Source: Candidatus Krumholzibacteriia bacterium (GTDB lineage: Bacteria; Krumholzibacteriota; Krumholzibacteriia; LZORAL124-64-63). From it: a stretch of DNA of 64,000 bases. Location of the stretch: assembly GCA_046484865.1 (NCBI GenBank), contig JAWOID010000079.1:19548-83547 (forward strand), in the 5' to 3' direction. Shown piece by piece: positions 1-9,699 of the stretch. The notes under the pieces are model-generated. The model did no database searches. It was not told the DNA's origin and saw only the letters and a list, made by a program, of their open reading frames with translations. The translations under genes were made by a program, and so were the position numbers. Positions within the stretch are counted from its first letter, which is position 1. Every line of letters begins with the position of its first letter.

Positions 1-25
1 TCCGCCCTGGCCGGCCGGCCAGGGG

Positions 26-808
26 TCAGGCGGCCTTCTGCTTCCTGTCCTCCACACGGCGGCGCATGGTCGGCGACAGGAAGGACTTCAGCTTCTCCTC
101 CACGATCCGGGGCGAATCGCCGCTCTGGATGGCCATGATGCCCTCGATGACCATCTCCTTGAGGAGCAACTCCTCGTTGGAGCGCAGCTCGAGCTTGCCG
201 GCGAGCGGCAGGAAGAACGCGTTCGCGAGCAGGGCGCCGTAGAAGGTGGTGATGAGGGCGGTGGCCATGCCGGCGCCGATGGAGGTGGGATCCTCCAGCG
301 CCGACAGCATGTTCACGAGGCCGATCAGGGTGCCGATCATGCCGAACGCCGGCGCGAAGGTCCCGCCGCACTCCAGGATCGACTTGCCCTCCTTGTGGCG
401 GGCCTCGATCTGGCCGAGATCCGTCTCGAGGATCTTCTCCAGGAGCTGGGGGTCGGTGCCGTCCACCGCCAGGCGCAACCCCTTGCGCAGGAACTCGTCC
501 GGCTCGTCCTCCGACTGCTCCTCCAGGGCCAGCATCCCCTCGCGACGCGCCCGCTCGGCGTACGATACGAGCTTGGCGATGATCGAGTCGGGGTCGTCCA
601 CGTGGAAGAGGACCGTCTTCTTCAGGACCTGCATCAGGCCCAGGACCTTGGCGATGGGGAAGTTGATGAGGATGGTGGCGATGGTTCCGCCCATGACGAT
701 GGCCAGGGAGGGGGCGTCCACGAACTGGTTCAGCGAACCGCCGAGGATGATGCCCCACACGACCAGCGCGAAGGCGAGTACCAGCCCGACCAGGGTGGCG
801 ATGTCCAC
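26..808 (-). CDS. motA: Flagellar stator A subunit (MotA/PomA)
   Basis: MDIATLVG N-terminal TMs, ARREGMLALE, APAFGMIGTLIGL, ALITTFYG; in flagellar operon. Confidence 0.95.
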   Translation of the reverse strand: MDIATLVGLVLAFALVVWGIILGGSLNQFVDAPSLAIVMGGTIATILINFPIAKVLGLMQVLKKTVLFHVDDPDSIIAKLVSYAERARREGMLALEEQSEDEPDEFLRKGLRLAVDGTDPQLLEKILETDLGQIEARHKEGKSILECGGTFAPAFGMIGTLIGLVNMLSALEDPTSIGAGMATALITTFYGALLANAFFLPLAGKLELRSNEELLLKEMVIEGIMAIQSGDSPRIVEEKLKSFLSPTMRRRVEDRKQKAA

Positions 809-853
809 GAGCGCCTCTCTCTCGGCTCTCTCGGCGAATCCGCCCGCGAGGGC

Positions 854-1078
854 CTAGCCCTCGAAGACCGAGCCGGTGCCGCCGGTGGGCACGGGGTAGA
901 TCCGGGCCTGCGAGCGGTAGCGGACCGCACGCCGCACGACCTCTTCGATGTCTTCCAGCACCATGATCTTGCGCCCGGTGGTGAGCGAAACCAGCGTATC
1001 CGGCGTGACCTCCACGAACTCGATGAGGTCTGCGTTCACCACCAGTTCTTTCCCGTTGAGTTTCGTGAGTTTGATCAT
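854..1078 (-). CDS. flbD: FlbD family flagellar protein
   Basis: MIKLTKLNGKELVVNADLIEFVEVTPDT signature; between flgE and motA. Confidence 0.93.
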   Translation of the reverse strand: MIKLTKLNGKELVVNADLIEFVEVTPDTLVSLTTGRKIMVLEDIEEVVRRAVRYRSQARIYPVPTGGTGSVFEG

Positions 1079-1163
1079 GGACTTTAGCTCCCGCGCTCAG
1101 CCGGCCCCGCGCCCCTGCCGCGGGAGGGGGGCGACCGCGGCGTGCGGCCGCCCCCGTCGGCGG

Positions 1164-3212
1164 CTACCGGATCAGGTTCACCAGCTCCTGCATGACCTGG
1201 TCGCCCGTGGTGATGACGCGGCTGTTCGCCTGGAAGGCGCGCTGCGCCACCACCAGCCGCGTGAACTCCAGCGCCAGGTCCACGTTGCTCGTCTCCAGGG
1301 CGCCCGGCACGATGGTCATACCGCTGCTCTCTCCCGCGAAGGCGACCGACGCCTGGCCCGAGTTGCCGCTGATGCGGAAGGTGTTGTTCGCATCGCGCAG
1401 CAGCCCGGCGGGGTTCGTGAACTCCGCCAGCGCCACCCGGCCGATGTTGCGGATCGTGTCGTTGGAGAACTGGCCCGTGATGAGCCCGCTCTGGTCGATG
1501 TTGAAGTCGACCAGGGAACCCGCCTTGAAGCCGTCGGCCACCGACTGCAGACTGCCGGCGCCGTCGAACTGCGTGAGTCCGGACAGGCCGCCGATCGTGC
1601 CGTAGTCGATCGCCACGTCGAGGATGCCGGCCCCCTCCTCGCCGGTCGGCTGGGGCCGGATGCTGAGCGAACTGGAGCCGTCGTCGAAGCTGAAGTTGCT
1701 GATCGAGCCGTTGTCGCCGAACCGGATGCGGCCGGACCCGCCCGAGATGATCTCCTCGAGCCCGTCGCAGTTCGCCTGCCAGATCCATTCGTTGAGCCCG
1801 GGCACCTTCTCGAAGGTGAAGTTCACGACGTGCTCGCTGCCGAGCGAGTCGTACAGGGTGGTGGCCACCGAGAAGGTCTGCGCGTCGCGGGCCTGCTGGG
1901 TCTGCCGGAAGTTGAAGGCGGACTCGATCACCGTGTTGTCGCTGTCCTGTTCGCTGATGCGGATGTCGCCCAGCGCGCTGCCCGTCCCCACCTCGCCCTG
2001 CACCACGATCTGACCCAGGTCGTTCATCACCACCGGGTTCGAGTTGATCCCGTGCGCGTACTGGATGGCCTGCAACAGCTCCGCCACCGTGGTGGCGGCG
2101 GTCACGGCCAGCGTACCGGTGACCGACTCGCCGCCCACCGCCCCCTCGAGGTTCAGCACCGTGCTGCCGGTGGAGAGATCCAGGTTCAGATGCACGCCGT
2201 CGGAGTCGTAGAGCGCGGAGAGGAGGTCGCCCTCCGCGGCGTAGGCCCTCAGCTCGCCGGCCTCGCCCGAGCGCATCGAGGTGTCGGTGGTGGCGCCCGC
2301 GGCGATGCTCGGCTCGAAGAGGAAGCTGGCGTTGAAGACGTCCTTGCCGGAGCTGGAGAGCGACAGGCCCTCCACCTCGGTGCCGCCGTTCTGCGCCTGC
2401 AGGGCGCCCGACGGGAGCACGGAGAACGTGAGCCCGGGCGCGGTGGTGTTCAGCCAGTCGACCAGATCCTGGTAGGTGGACGTCGAGGTCACGGTGAACG
2501 AGGCGCCGGCCGCGATGTCGACGCCGTCGCGCCGTCCGTTCAGACTGACGGTGTCGCCGGGATTGAGGTTGAGCGATCCGTTGCGCTGGCCGCTCATGTC
2601 CACCAGGAGGTCGGCGCCCGCCGCCGCCACCAGGAAGCTGCCGCTCTCGATGATCGTCTCGGTGGCGTCGCTGTCCGCGTCCAGGTTGCCGATGAGCTCG
2701 ACGGACGTGGAGGCCTCCGCCGGCACCACCAGGCCCGGGTCGATGAAGATGTCGCCGATCGGCCCGTTCGCGATGGCGCCGCTGGCATCGGCCATGACTC
2801 CCTGCACGCGCATGCCCGTGGACGGGTCCACGAAGTAGTTCATGCTGTCCAGCCCGAAGACCCCGGCCCGCGAGTAGACGCTGCTGAGGCCGTCGTTCAG
2901 GATGAAGAACCCGGCGCCCTGGATCGCGAGGTCGGTCTTCTTGCCCGTGGTCTGGAAGTTCCCCTGACCGAAGTTGGTGTCGATGCTGGACACCCGCGTG
3001 CCCAGGCCGACCTGCTGAGGATTCGTGCCGCCGAGACCGCCCGATACCGGCCGGCTGGCGGACCTCATGGTCTGCGTGAGCATCTCGCTGAACGTCGCCC
3101 GGCCCGACTTGAAGCCGATCGTGTTGCTGTTGGCGATGTTGTTGCCGATCACGTCGAGGGCGGTCAGGTTGGCCGACAGCCCGGAGACTCCGGAGTAGAG
3201 CGACTTGAACAT
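1164..3212 (-). CDS. flgE: Flagellar hook protein, long (682 aa)
   Basis: SLYSGVSGL..GNNIANSNTIGFK N-terminus; LETSNVDLALEFTRLVVAQRAFQAN C-terminus. Confidence 0.96.
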   Translation of the reverse strand: MFKSLYSGVSGLSANLTALDVIGNNIANSNTIGFKSGRATFSEMLTQTMRSASRPVSGGLGGTNPQQVGLGTRVSSIDTNFGQGNFQTTGKKTDLAIQGAGFFILNDGLSSVYSRAGVFGLDSMNYFVDPSTGMRVQGVMADASGAIANGPIGDIFIDPGLVVPAEASTSVELIGNLDADSDATETIIESGSFLVAAAGADLLVDMSGQRNGSLNLNPGDTVSLNGRRDGVDIAAGASFTVTSTSTYQDLVDWLNTTAPGLTFSVLPSGALQAQNGGTEVEGLSLSSSGKDVFNASFLFEPSIAAGATTDTSMRSGEAGELRAYAAEGDLLSALYDSDGVHLNLDLSTGSTVLNLEGAVGGESVTGTLAVTAATTVAELLQAIQYAHGINSNPVVMNDLGQIVVQGEVGTGSALGDIRISEQDSDNTVIESAFNFRQTQQARDAQTFSVATTLYDSLGSEHVVNFTFEKVPGLNEWIWQANCDGLEEIISGGSGRIRFGDNGSISNFSFDDGSSSLSIRPQPTGEEGAGILDVAIDYGTIGGLSGLTQFDGAGSLQSVADGFKAGSLVDFNIDQSGLITGQFSNDTIRNIGRVALAEFTNPAGLLRDANNTFRISGNSGQASVAFAGESSGMTIVPGALETSNVDLALEFTRLVVAQRAFQANSRVITTGDQVMQELVNLIR

Positions 3213-3291
3213 GGAATCCTCCTCGCGGGAGCGTACTGCGCGACTGCCGGCCCCCGGCCCTCGGCCGGGACGGACGGTCGCGGATGTGACC

Positions 3292-3942
3292 TCAGCTCAC
3301 CTTGTAGATCTCGGAGACGTAGAACTCGTCGCCGCCCACCTCCACCACGGCGATCCCGTTCTCGTAGCGCAGACCCGTGACCGCCCCGGTCATCAGGGTC
3401 ACGTGCTGCACCGGGACGCCGTCCTTCTCGACGGACACCCGTAGCGTGTACTCGCCTTCGGCCGCCGGCTGTTCCTCGTCGTCCAGGTAGCCGTCCCAGG
3501 TCACGTCGTTGCGTCCCGCGACGAGGTCGCGGTGGTAGGTCTCAACGACCTTGCCGTTCGCATCGACGATTTCGATGGTGGCGCGGCCGGTGCCGGCCGC
3601 GTCCACGTACGTGCGGGACGCCCCCTCGCCGGTGAGCCAGACCTTGTCGCCCTCGACCGTGACCTTGCGCCCCACGAGGGCCAGCATGGCGGTGTTGTTG
3701 AGCGACTGGCTCACCATCAGATCGTCGTCGAGCTTCCCGCCGAGCTTCTGCAGCTCCTCCAGCATCGTGAACTGGGTGATCTGGGAGGTGAACTCGGCGT
3801 TGTCCATCGGACTGAGCGGATCCTGGTTGCGGATCTGCGCCACCAGCAGGTTGATGAAGTCGAGCTTCGAGGTCTGGCCGTAGTCGCGCGCCGGCGCGCC
3901 CAGGACCGGCCCCGTGGAATTCGAGACTCCGTTCACCGGCAT
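3292..3942 (-). CDS. flgD: Hook capping protein
   Basis: DFINLLVAQIRNQDPLSPMDNAEFTSQ motif; Ig-like WDG segment. Confidence 0.95.
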   Translation of the reverse strand: MPVNGVSNSTGPVLGAPARDYGQTSKLDFINLLVAQIRNQDPLSPMDNAEFTSQITQFTMLEELQKLGGKLDDDLMVSQSLNNTAMLALVGRKVTVEGDKVWLTGEGASRTYVDAAGTGRATIEIVDANGKVVETYHRDLVAGRNDVTWDGYLDDEEQPAAEGEYTLRVSVEKDGVPVQHVTLMTGAVTGLRYENGIAVVEVGGDEFYVSEIYKVS

Positions 3943-3945
3943 CGC

Positions 3946-5421
3946 CTAGCTCCCTTCACGCTCGCGGCCGTCGCGGCCGCGGCCCTGCTGGTCCCGCTCC
4001 GGCTGCTCGCGCTCGCGTCGTTCGCGCTCCTCGGCCTGATCGCCGGAGCGCTCCCCGTCGCGGTTGCGCGCGCAGCGCACGTCCACCTCGGTCCAGCGGC
4101 CGCCGCGGTGCAGCAGCGCCTCCACGAGCTCGTCGGCTCCCTCCTGCAGCGCACGCTCGGCACCCGCCGAGTCGGCCCGGAAGACCACCTCCAGGCGGTC
4201 GCCGCGCACCTGCAGATCCACCTGCACCTTCCCCAGGTGCGCGGGGTCGAGGCGCAGGATCACGCGGTCCTGGCCGCCGATCTCGCGCGTCAGGAGCCGG
4301 TCGACGACCTGCGCCCGGATCGCGCGCCCCGCGGCCGGGTCGGCGGCGGCCGGAGAGCCCCCCGAGGTCGCCGGACGGCCTCCGGCGCCCGCCGGCGCGC
4401 GCCCGGGGGCGGCCACCCAGCCGGGCGCGTCGGCGTCGGCGTCGGCGCCGGCGTCCTCCGCGAGACTCGTCCCGGATGCGGACCCGTCGATCGGGGCGGG
4501 CGGCTCCTCGGTCCGGTGAACGGATCGGACGATCTCCGGCGGCGCCGGGACCGCCGCGGTCGGCTGTTCGCCCGCCCGTCCCTGGCTCGCCACGGTCTGC
4601 TCCGGTGCGGGCCCGCCCCGCGCAGACGACTCTCCGGCGGACGCCGCCGTGGCCTCGCCGTGCGCCACGTGCGCCATGGCGGTCGCCCTCGATGGGGCTG
4701 AGTCCGCGATCACGCGCTGCGGATCAGAGCCGCCGTCCGCATCGGGTTCCACGCCCGCGAGTTCGGTCACCGGCTCAGCCGCCGGCACCTCCGCCGGCAC
4801 CGGCGCGGTTTCTGTCCCGTGTGCGCCGCCCGCCGCGGCCACCGTGGTGACGCCGGCCGAGGCGGCTGCCGCGGGCGCGGGCACGGCGCTCCTGCCGGCG
4901 AAGCAGCCGGCGACGACGCTTCCATTCCCGTTCGCGCCGGCGAGCAGGTTCGGCAGGCGACCGGGCGGGCCGGACCCGTCCGCCGCGCTGCCGCCATGCT
5001 TCTGCGCCGGCTCGGCGCCGGGGGCGGCGCCTCCGCCGTGGTGCCCGTCGGCGCTCCGCGGCCAGACGGCAGCAAACCCGTCCGCACTGTGGCCGGTCGA
5101 CCCGCCGGCGGCGGCTGCGACGGCGGCCAGGCGCTGACCGGCAGCCGTGGCGGCGGCGGGAACCATGCCGAGGAGCGCCTTGCCGACCGTCTCCTCGCCG
5201 CCCGTGCACGCTTCCGTCTCGCCGTCGCCCGGAGCGGCCGCTCCGGCCGGCTCCGACGCCTCCGCAACCTCCGCCGGCACCGCCGCCTGCGAAGCCTGCT
5301 CGCCGGCCAGGAGCGCCGCGAACAGACCGGCCAGACCGGAGAATCCGGCTCCCGGGTCGGCGCTGCGGCCGGCAGCGGGAAGTCGGTCGAGCGGTCCGGC
5401 AACCGGTCCGGTCTCCATCAA
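3946..5421 (-). CDS. fliK: Hook-length control protein
   Basis: Ala/Pro-rich low-complexity body plus C-terminal LRLDPAHLGKVQVDL domain; upstream of flgD. Confidence 0.88.
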   Translation of the reverse strand: MMETGPVAGPLDRLPAAGRSADPGAGFSGLAGLFAALLAGEQASQAAVPAEVAEASEPAGAAAPGDGETEACTGGEETVGKALLGMVPAAATAAGQRLAAVAAAAGGSTGHSADGFAAVWPRSADGHHGGGAAPGAEPAQKHGGSAADGSGPPGRLPNLLAGANGNGSVVAGCFAGRSAVPAPAAAASAGVTTVAAAGGAHGTETAPVPAEVPAAEPVTELAGVEPDADGGSDPQRVIADSAPSRATAMAHVAHGEATAASAGESSARGGPAPEQTVASQGRAGEQPTAAVPAPPEIVRSVHRTEEPPAPIDGSASGTSLAEDAGADADADAPGWVAAPGRAPAGAGGRPATSGGSPAAADPAAGRAIRAQVVDRLLTREIGGQDRVILRLDPAHLGKVQVDLQVRGDRLEVVFRADSAGAERALQEGADELVEALLHRGGRWTEVDVRCARNRDGERSGDQAEERERREREQPERDQQGRGRDGREREGS

Positions 5422-5942
5422 CTCGCCCCCTGCCGGCTCATGCGCGTGGAGATCTGCGCCGCCAGTCCCGCGTCCATGTAGGAGAGGATGCGAGCGGCGG
5501 GGCGCTCCTTCATGCGGCTCACCACGTCGATGATGATCTCCAGGTCGAGCGCCGCCAGGATGGGCGCGGCGCTGTCCGGCTTCATGGATTCGTACATCTT
5601 GGCGAGCTTCTGGGCCGAGAGCTCGCGCTCGGCGGCGTACTGCTGCTGGCGCGACTCGAGCCTCGCCACCACGGCTCCCAGGCTGTTGCGCGTGCGCTCG
5701 AGCGCCTCCTGCTGCACGGCCGCGCTCTGCTGCAGCCGCACCACCTGCTCACGCTCGCGCTGCAGCCGGTCGCGCTCCCGCGCGATGTCCTCGAAGAGCC
5801 GTCCCGCGGCTCCGTGGTCCTCGCTGCCCAGCTCCGGCTCGGTGCTCTGCCGCGCCGCGTGCCCCAGGTGGGCGCTCATCAGCACGACTCCGCCGAAGAT
5901 GATCACGAAGGTGATCAGCGAGATGACGATGACGCTCTTCAT
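5418..5942 (-). CDS. MotE/YlxF/FlbB-like membrane-anchored coiled-coil protein (MgtE-N-like C-terminus)
   Basis: Start reassigned to MKSVIVISL (GAGGAG RBS); TM, coiled coil, KLAKMYESMKPDSAAPIL motif; between fliJ and fliK. Confidence 0.8.
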   Translation of the reverse strand: MKSVIVISLITFVIIFGGVVLMSAHLGHAARQSTEPELGSEDHGAAGRLFEDIARERDRLQREREQVVRLQQSAAVQQEALERTRNSLGAVVARLESRQQQYAAERELSAQKLAKMYESMKPDSAAPILAALDLEIIIDVVSRMKERPAARILSYMDAGLAAQISTRMSRQGAS

Positions 5943-6000
5943 GTCGATCTCTCCTCGAGTCCGCGGCGGCGCGGCCGATGATGAGTACGTCGGAGTCCAC

Positions 6001-6015
6001 GCAACCGCAGTGCCA
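6001..6015 (-). promoter_or_regulatory. sigma54 promoter for motE-fliK-flgD-flgE-flbD-motA
   Basis: TGGCAC-TGCGG-TTGC, perfect -24/-12 consensus in the intergenic gap. Confidence 0.85.
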
Positions 6016-6074
6016 GCCGCCGCTGCCGGGTCCATCCCGGTTCTCCGGACGCCAAACAGCTCCAGCGCCGTCGG

Positions 6075-6608
6075 TTACCGCGGCTGGCACTCGTCTGGCG
6101 CGCCGCTTGCCCGGTCCCTGTCGGCAGGTTTGACCGGGTCCCTGGCAAGGACCGCCTGTCCCCGGCGCGCGGCGCGGATGGCCGCCACCTCGTCCAGTAC
6201 CTTGCGTTCGCGACGAGCCTCCTCGAACCTCCAGGCCGCCGCCTGACGCTCGCGGAGCTGGTCCAGGACCTTCTCGTCCCGGTGGCGTCGAGCGAGGCGG
6301 TGCCGGGCCTCTGCGAGCTGCGCGGCGGCCTCGGCGCTCTCGCGCCGACGCTCGGCGCGCCGTTTCTCCAGCAGCTCCAGGTATCCGCGCCGCTGCACGA
6401 GCCCCGCCAGTCCCGCCGCCATGGTGGACCCGGCCGGTCCGCCGAGCAGCGGCAGGTCGAGCAGGTCCTCGATCTCCGCGTCCGCCTCCGCCTCGCGTCT
6501 CAGCGCACGCGCCAGCGCGTCGGCGGCGAGCTTGGCCGAGCGCGAAGCGGCTTCGGTCTGCCGTCGCCGGAGGCGCAGCACCCGCTCGAGCCGGAAGACG
6601 AAGCTCAT
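6075..6608 (-). CDS. fliJ: Flagellar export chaperone FliJ
   Basis: True start MSFVFRLERVLRLR overlaps fliI stop (ATGA); EKVLDQLRER..ERKVLDE. Confidence 0.85.
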   Translation of the reverse strand: MSFVFRLERVLRLRRRQTEAASRSAKLAADALARALRREAEADAEIEDLLDLPLLGGPAGSTMAAGLAGLVQRRGYLELLEKRRAERRRESAEAAAQLAEARHRLARRHRDEKVLDQLRERQAAAWRFEEARRERKVLDEVAAIRAARRGQAVLARDPVKPADRDRASGAPDECQPR

Positions 6609-7939
6609 GGTGCGACCGCCTCCCCGGCGCCGGCCAGTTCCGCCAGACGTCGCCAGGTGTCGTCCAGCGGCGCCGCTTCGTCCACGTCCTGGGCGAGGAA
6701 GGCCCGGATGGCGTCGCGCTGCGCGAGCGCCTCGTCCAGCACCGGGTCGGAACCGGCCACGTAGGCGCCGATGCTGACGAGGTCGCGATTCTCCTCCAGC
6801 GCCTTCAGCCAGCGGACGAACGTCAGCCCCGCCGCGCGGGCGGCCGGATCCACCACCTCGTTGCGCAACCGGCTCACGCTGCCGAGCACGTCGACCGCCG
6901 GGTAGTGGCCCTCCCGCGCCAGGTCGCGGCTGAGCACCAGGTGCCCGTCGAGTATGGAGCGCATCGCATCGCCCACCGGGTCGTGGATGTCGTCGCCCTC
7001 GATGAGCACCGTGAAGAAGGCCGTCATGGCATTCACCGCCGACCACCCCGCGCGCTCGCACAGGCGCGGGAGCGCCGCGAACACGGACGGCGGATAGCCC
7101 TTGGTGGTGGGCGGCTCGCCGGCGGCCAGCCCGATCTCGCGCAGCGCCATGGCGTACCGCGTGGCCGAATCCATCAGGAAGAGCACCTCGCGGTCGCTCT
7201 CGCGGAAGCTCTCGGCGATGGTCATGGCCGTCTCCGCGCCCTTGGCGCGCATGACGGCGCTCTCGTCCGACGTGACCACCACCACCACGCTGCGCGCCAG
7301 CCCCTCGGGTCCGAGATCACGCTCGAGGAACTCCTTCACCTCGCGGCCGCGCTCGCCGATGAGGGCCAGCACGTTCACGTCGACCTGGGCGCGCCGCGCC
7401 AGCATCCCCAGCAGCACCGATTTCCCCACGCCGCTGCCCGCGAAGATGCCCATCCGCTGCCCCCGGGCGGCGGTCGCCAGGGCGTCCACCGCCCGCACCC
7501 CCGTCTCCAGCACGGTCATCTCCCGCCGGCGGGACAGGGCGGCCGGCGGCCGGCCGCCGCCGAGGGGCGCCTGCGGCAGGTGGACCACCGGAGGTCCGCC
7601 GTCGATGGGGCGTCCGAGGCCGTCGAGCACGCGACCCAGCAGGCCCTCGCCCACCGGCACCGAGAGCCGGCGGCTGACGAGCACGACCGGCATCCCGGGT
7701 GCGATGCCGTCGGAACTCCCCAGCGGCATCACCAGCAGCCGTCCGTCACGGAAACCCACCGCTTCCGCCAGCACCGGGGGCGTGTGGCGTCCCGTGTCCA
7801 CCCGGCAGAGAGCGCCCACGGGCGCAGCCAGCCCGGTCACCTCCACCACCATGCCCACGAGGTCGGCCACGCGCCCGACGGCGCGGATCGGATCCAGACG
7901 GCGCAGTCGCTCCCGGCAGTCAGTCCAGGCGAGATCCAT
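6605..7939 (-). CDS. fliI: Flagellar export ATPase
   Basis: Walker A AGSGVGKS, IGERGREV, GEPPTTKGYPPSVF, ILDGH. Confidence 0.97.
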   Translation of the reverse strand: MDLAWTDCRERLRRLDPIRAVGRVADLVGMVVEVTGLAAPVGALCRVDTGRHTPPVLAEAVGFRDGRLLVMPLGSSDGIAPGMPVVLVSRRLSVPVGEGLLGRVLDGLGRPIDGGPPVVHLPQAPLGGGRPPAALSRRREMTVLETGVRAVDALATAARGQRMGIFAGSGVGKSVLLGMLARRAQVDVNVLALIGERGREVKEFLERDLGPEGLARSVVVVVTSDESAVMRAKGAETAMTIAESFRESDREVLFLMDSATRYAMALREIGLAAGEPPTTKGYPPSVFAALPRLCERAGWSAVNAMTAFFTVLIEGDDIHDPVGDAMRSILDGHLVLSRDLAREGHYPAVDVLGSVSRLRNEVVDPAARAAGLTFVRWLKALEENRDLVSIGAYVAGSDPVLDEALAQRDAIRAFLAQDVDEAAPLDDTWRRLAELAGAGEAVAP

Positions 7940-8717
7940 GCCCCTCCCCGGTGTCCTGGTGCGGCGGCACGCCGGCGCCGTCGCTCCCGGTGCCGTCCTG
8001 CGGCTGCCGCACGGGTACGGTCAGCCACTCGTGGACCACCTCGCCGAGCGCCTGCAACTGGCTGTCCACGGTCGCGTCCCACTCGGCACCATCGCCGCCG
8101 CGCACCCGGCATCCCCCCGGGGCCACGCGCCGGTCCGCGCGCACCCTGCCGATGCGGAGGCGCTCGCACAGCTCCGGATCGGCCTCCAGACGCCGCGCGT
8201 CCTGGGGACTGGCGATGATCTCCAGCGCCGCGCCCGCCTCGACCTTGTGCAGGACGGTCTCGAGAGCTCGGACGAGCACGTCCGGATCGGCGGTCACGGC
8301 GCTCCTGATCACCTTCTCCGCCAGCGCGAGCGCGAGGTCCACCGACTCGCGCGCCAGGCGGTTCACGAGCTCGCGGCGATGGGCGTCCACGGCGGCCGCC
8401 AGCTCGTGCTGCCAGGCGGCGCAGCGGCGCTCGTGCTCCGCCACCCGCTCCTCGGCCGCGGCCCGCTCGGTCGCCTGCGCCTCGGCCAGCCGGACGTCGT
8501 AACGCTGGCGGAGTTCCGTCTCCACCAGTGCTCGAAGACCTTCCCGCTCGTCGGTCGAGAGGTGGTCGAGAACGGAGCGCGGGTCGAGGAAGCCGGACTC
8601 GCTGCGGAAGCGCGGGTCGCGGGCGGGCGTCCCGGAACCGGCTTCCGGCGCCAGCGGCACGAAGGTGCCGCCCGCGTCCACGTCCGGCACGAGGGGCTCA
8701 GGACACCATGTCCGCAT
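7920..8717 (-). CDS. fliH: Flagellar assembly protein FliH (start uncertain)
   Basis: LALALAEKVI, ADRRVAPGGCRV; between fliG and fliI. Confidence 0.85.
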   Translation of the reverse strand: MRTWCPEPLVPDVDAGGTFVPLAPEAGSGTPARDPRFRSESGFLDPRSVLDHLSTDEREGLRALVETELRQRYDVRLAEAQATERAAAEERVAEHERRCAAWQHELAAAVDAHRRELVNRLARESVDLALALAEKVIRSAVTADPDVLVRALETVLHKVEAGAALEIIASPQDARRLEADPELCERLRIGRVRADRRVAPGGCRVRGGDGAEWDATVDSQLQALGEVVHEWLTVPVRQPQDGTGSDGAGVPPHQDTGEGHGSRLD

Positions 8718-9699
8718 CCTTGCCCCCCCGTCCGATCACGATGGTGCCCGCCTCCTCGAGACTGCGCACGACCTCCACGATCCGCTTCTGCGCCTCCTCG
8801 ACCTCGCTCAGCCGCACCGGGCCCATGTACTCCATGTCCTCGCGGATCCCCAGGGCCGCGCGCTTGGACATGTTGTCGAAGATCTTCTCCTTGATCTCCT
8901 CGGTCGCGCCCTTGAGCGCGAGCGTGAGTTCCTTGCCGTCGATCTCCTTGAGGATCTCCTGGATGTACTTGTCGTTGAGGAGCACCAGGTCCTCGAACAC
9001 GAACATGAGCTGGTTGACCCCGTTGGCCACCTCGTCGTCGATCTCCCGCATCTCGTCGAGGATCTCCTGCCAGGTCTCCCGGTCGATCTCGTTGAGGATC
9101 TCCGCCACCTGCTTGGGACCGCCGTACTTGCCGCGGCGCGCCGAGATCTGTCCCTGGAGCTGCCGCGCCAGGACGTCCTCGACCACCTTGATCAGCTCGG
9201 CGTTGGGCGCGTCGAGCACGGCCATGCGGTAGGCCACGTCCCCCTGCAGCTCGGCCGGCAGCAGCGAGAGGATGGGCCCGCTGTTGCGCGGATCCATGTG
9301 GGCCAGCACCACCGCCACCGTCTGCGGGTGCTCGTTCTTGAGGTAGTTCGCCACCGTGAGCGGGTCCACCGCTCGCAGGTTCTCGAAGCTCTTGATCTCG
9401 CTGTAGCTGGTCACCCGGCTCAGCAGCGAGCTGGCCTTGTGGGTGCCGAAGCCCGACTCGAGGATCTGCTTCGCCGTCTCCTCGCCGCCCACCGCCACGC
9501 CGGAAATGCTGCTCGAGATCTGCACGAACTCGCCCAGCACCTTCTTCTTGTCGGCGAACGGCACGTGGCCGACGGTCGCGATGGAATGGGTGATCTTCTC
9601 GACCAGGCTCTCGGGCAGCTTGCTGAGGACCTGGCCGGCCACCTCCGGTCCGAGGGCCATCAGGAAGACCGCTGTCTTGCGCAGGTTCTCGCTCATCAC
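8698..9699 (-). CDS. fliG: Motor switch protein FliG
   Basis: EHPQT, MFVFEDL, NMSKRA, GPVRLSEVEEAQ. Confidence 0.97.
   Translation of the reverse strand: MMSENLRKTAVFLMALGPEVAGQVLSKLPESLVEKITHSIATVGHVPFADKKKVLGEFVQISSSISGVAVGGEETAKQILESGFGTHKASSLLSRVTSYSEIKSFENLRAVDPLTVANYLKNEHPQTVAVVLAHMDPRNSGPILSLLPAELQGDVAYRMAVLDAPNAELIKVVEDVLARQLQGQISARRGKYGGPKQVAEILNEIDRETWQEILDEMREIDDEVANGVNQLMFVFEDLVLLNDKYIQEILKEIDGKELTLALKGATEEIKEKIFDNMSKRAALGIREDMEYMGPVRLSEVEEAQKRIVEVVRSLEEAGTIVIGRGGKDADMVS

Noticed and set aside
948..3380. 810-aa plus-strand ORF and many similar long antisense or alternate-frame ORFs (e.g. 18224-21262, 44087-47452, 44179-47100)
   Set aside because: Shadow ORFs from high GC3 codon bias; they overlap well-supported genes and lack motifs
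6084..6100. TGGCAC-N5-TGGC on the plus strand
   Set aside because: Antisense inside fliJ, non-consensus -12, no gene downstream
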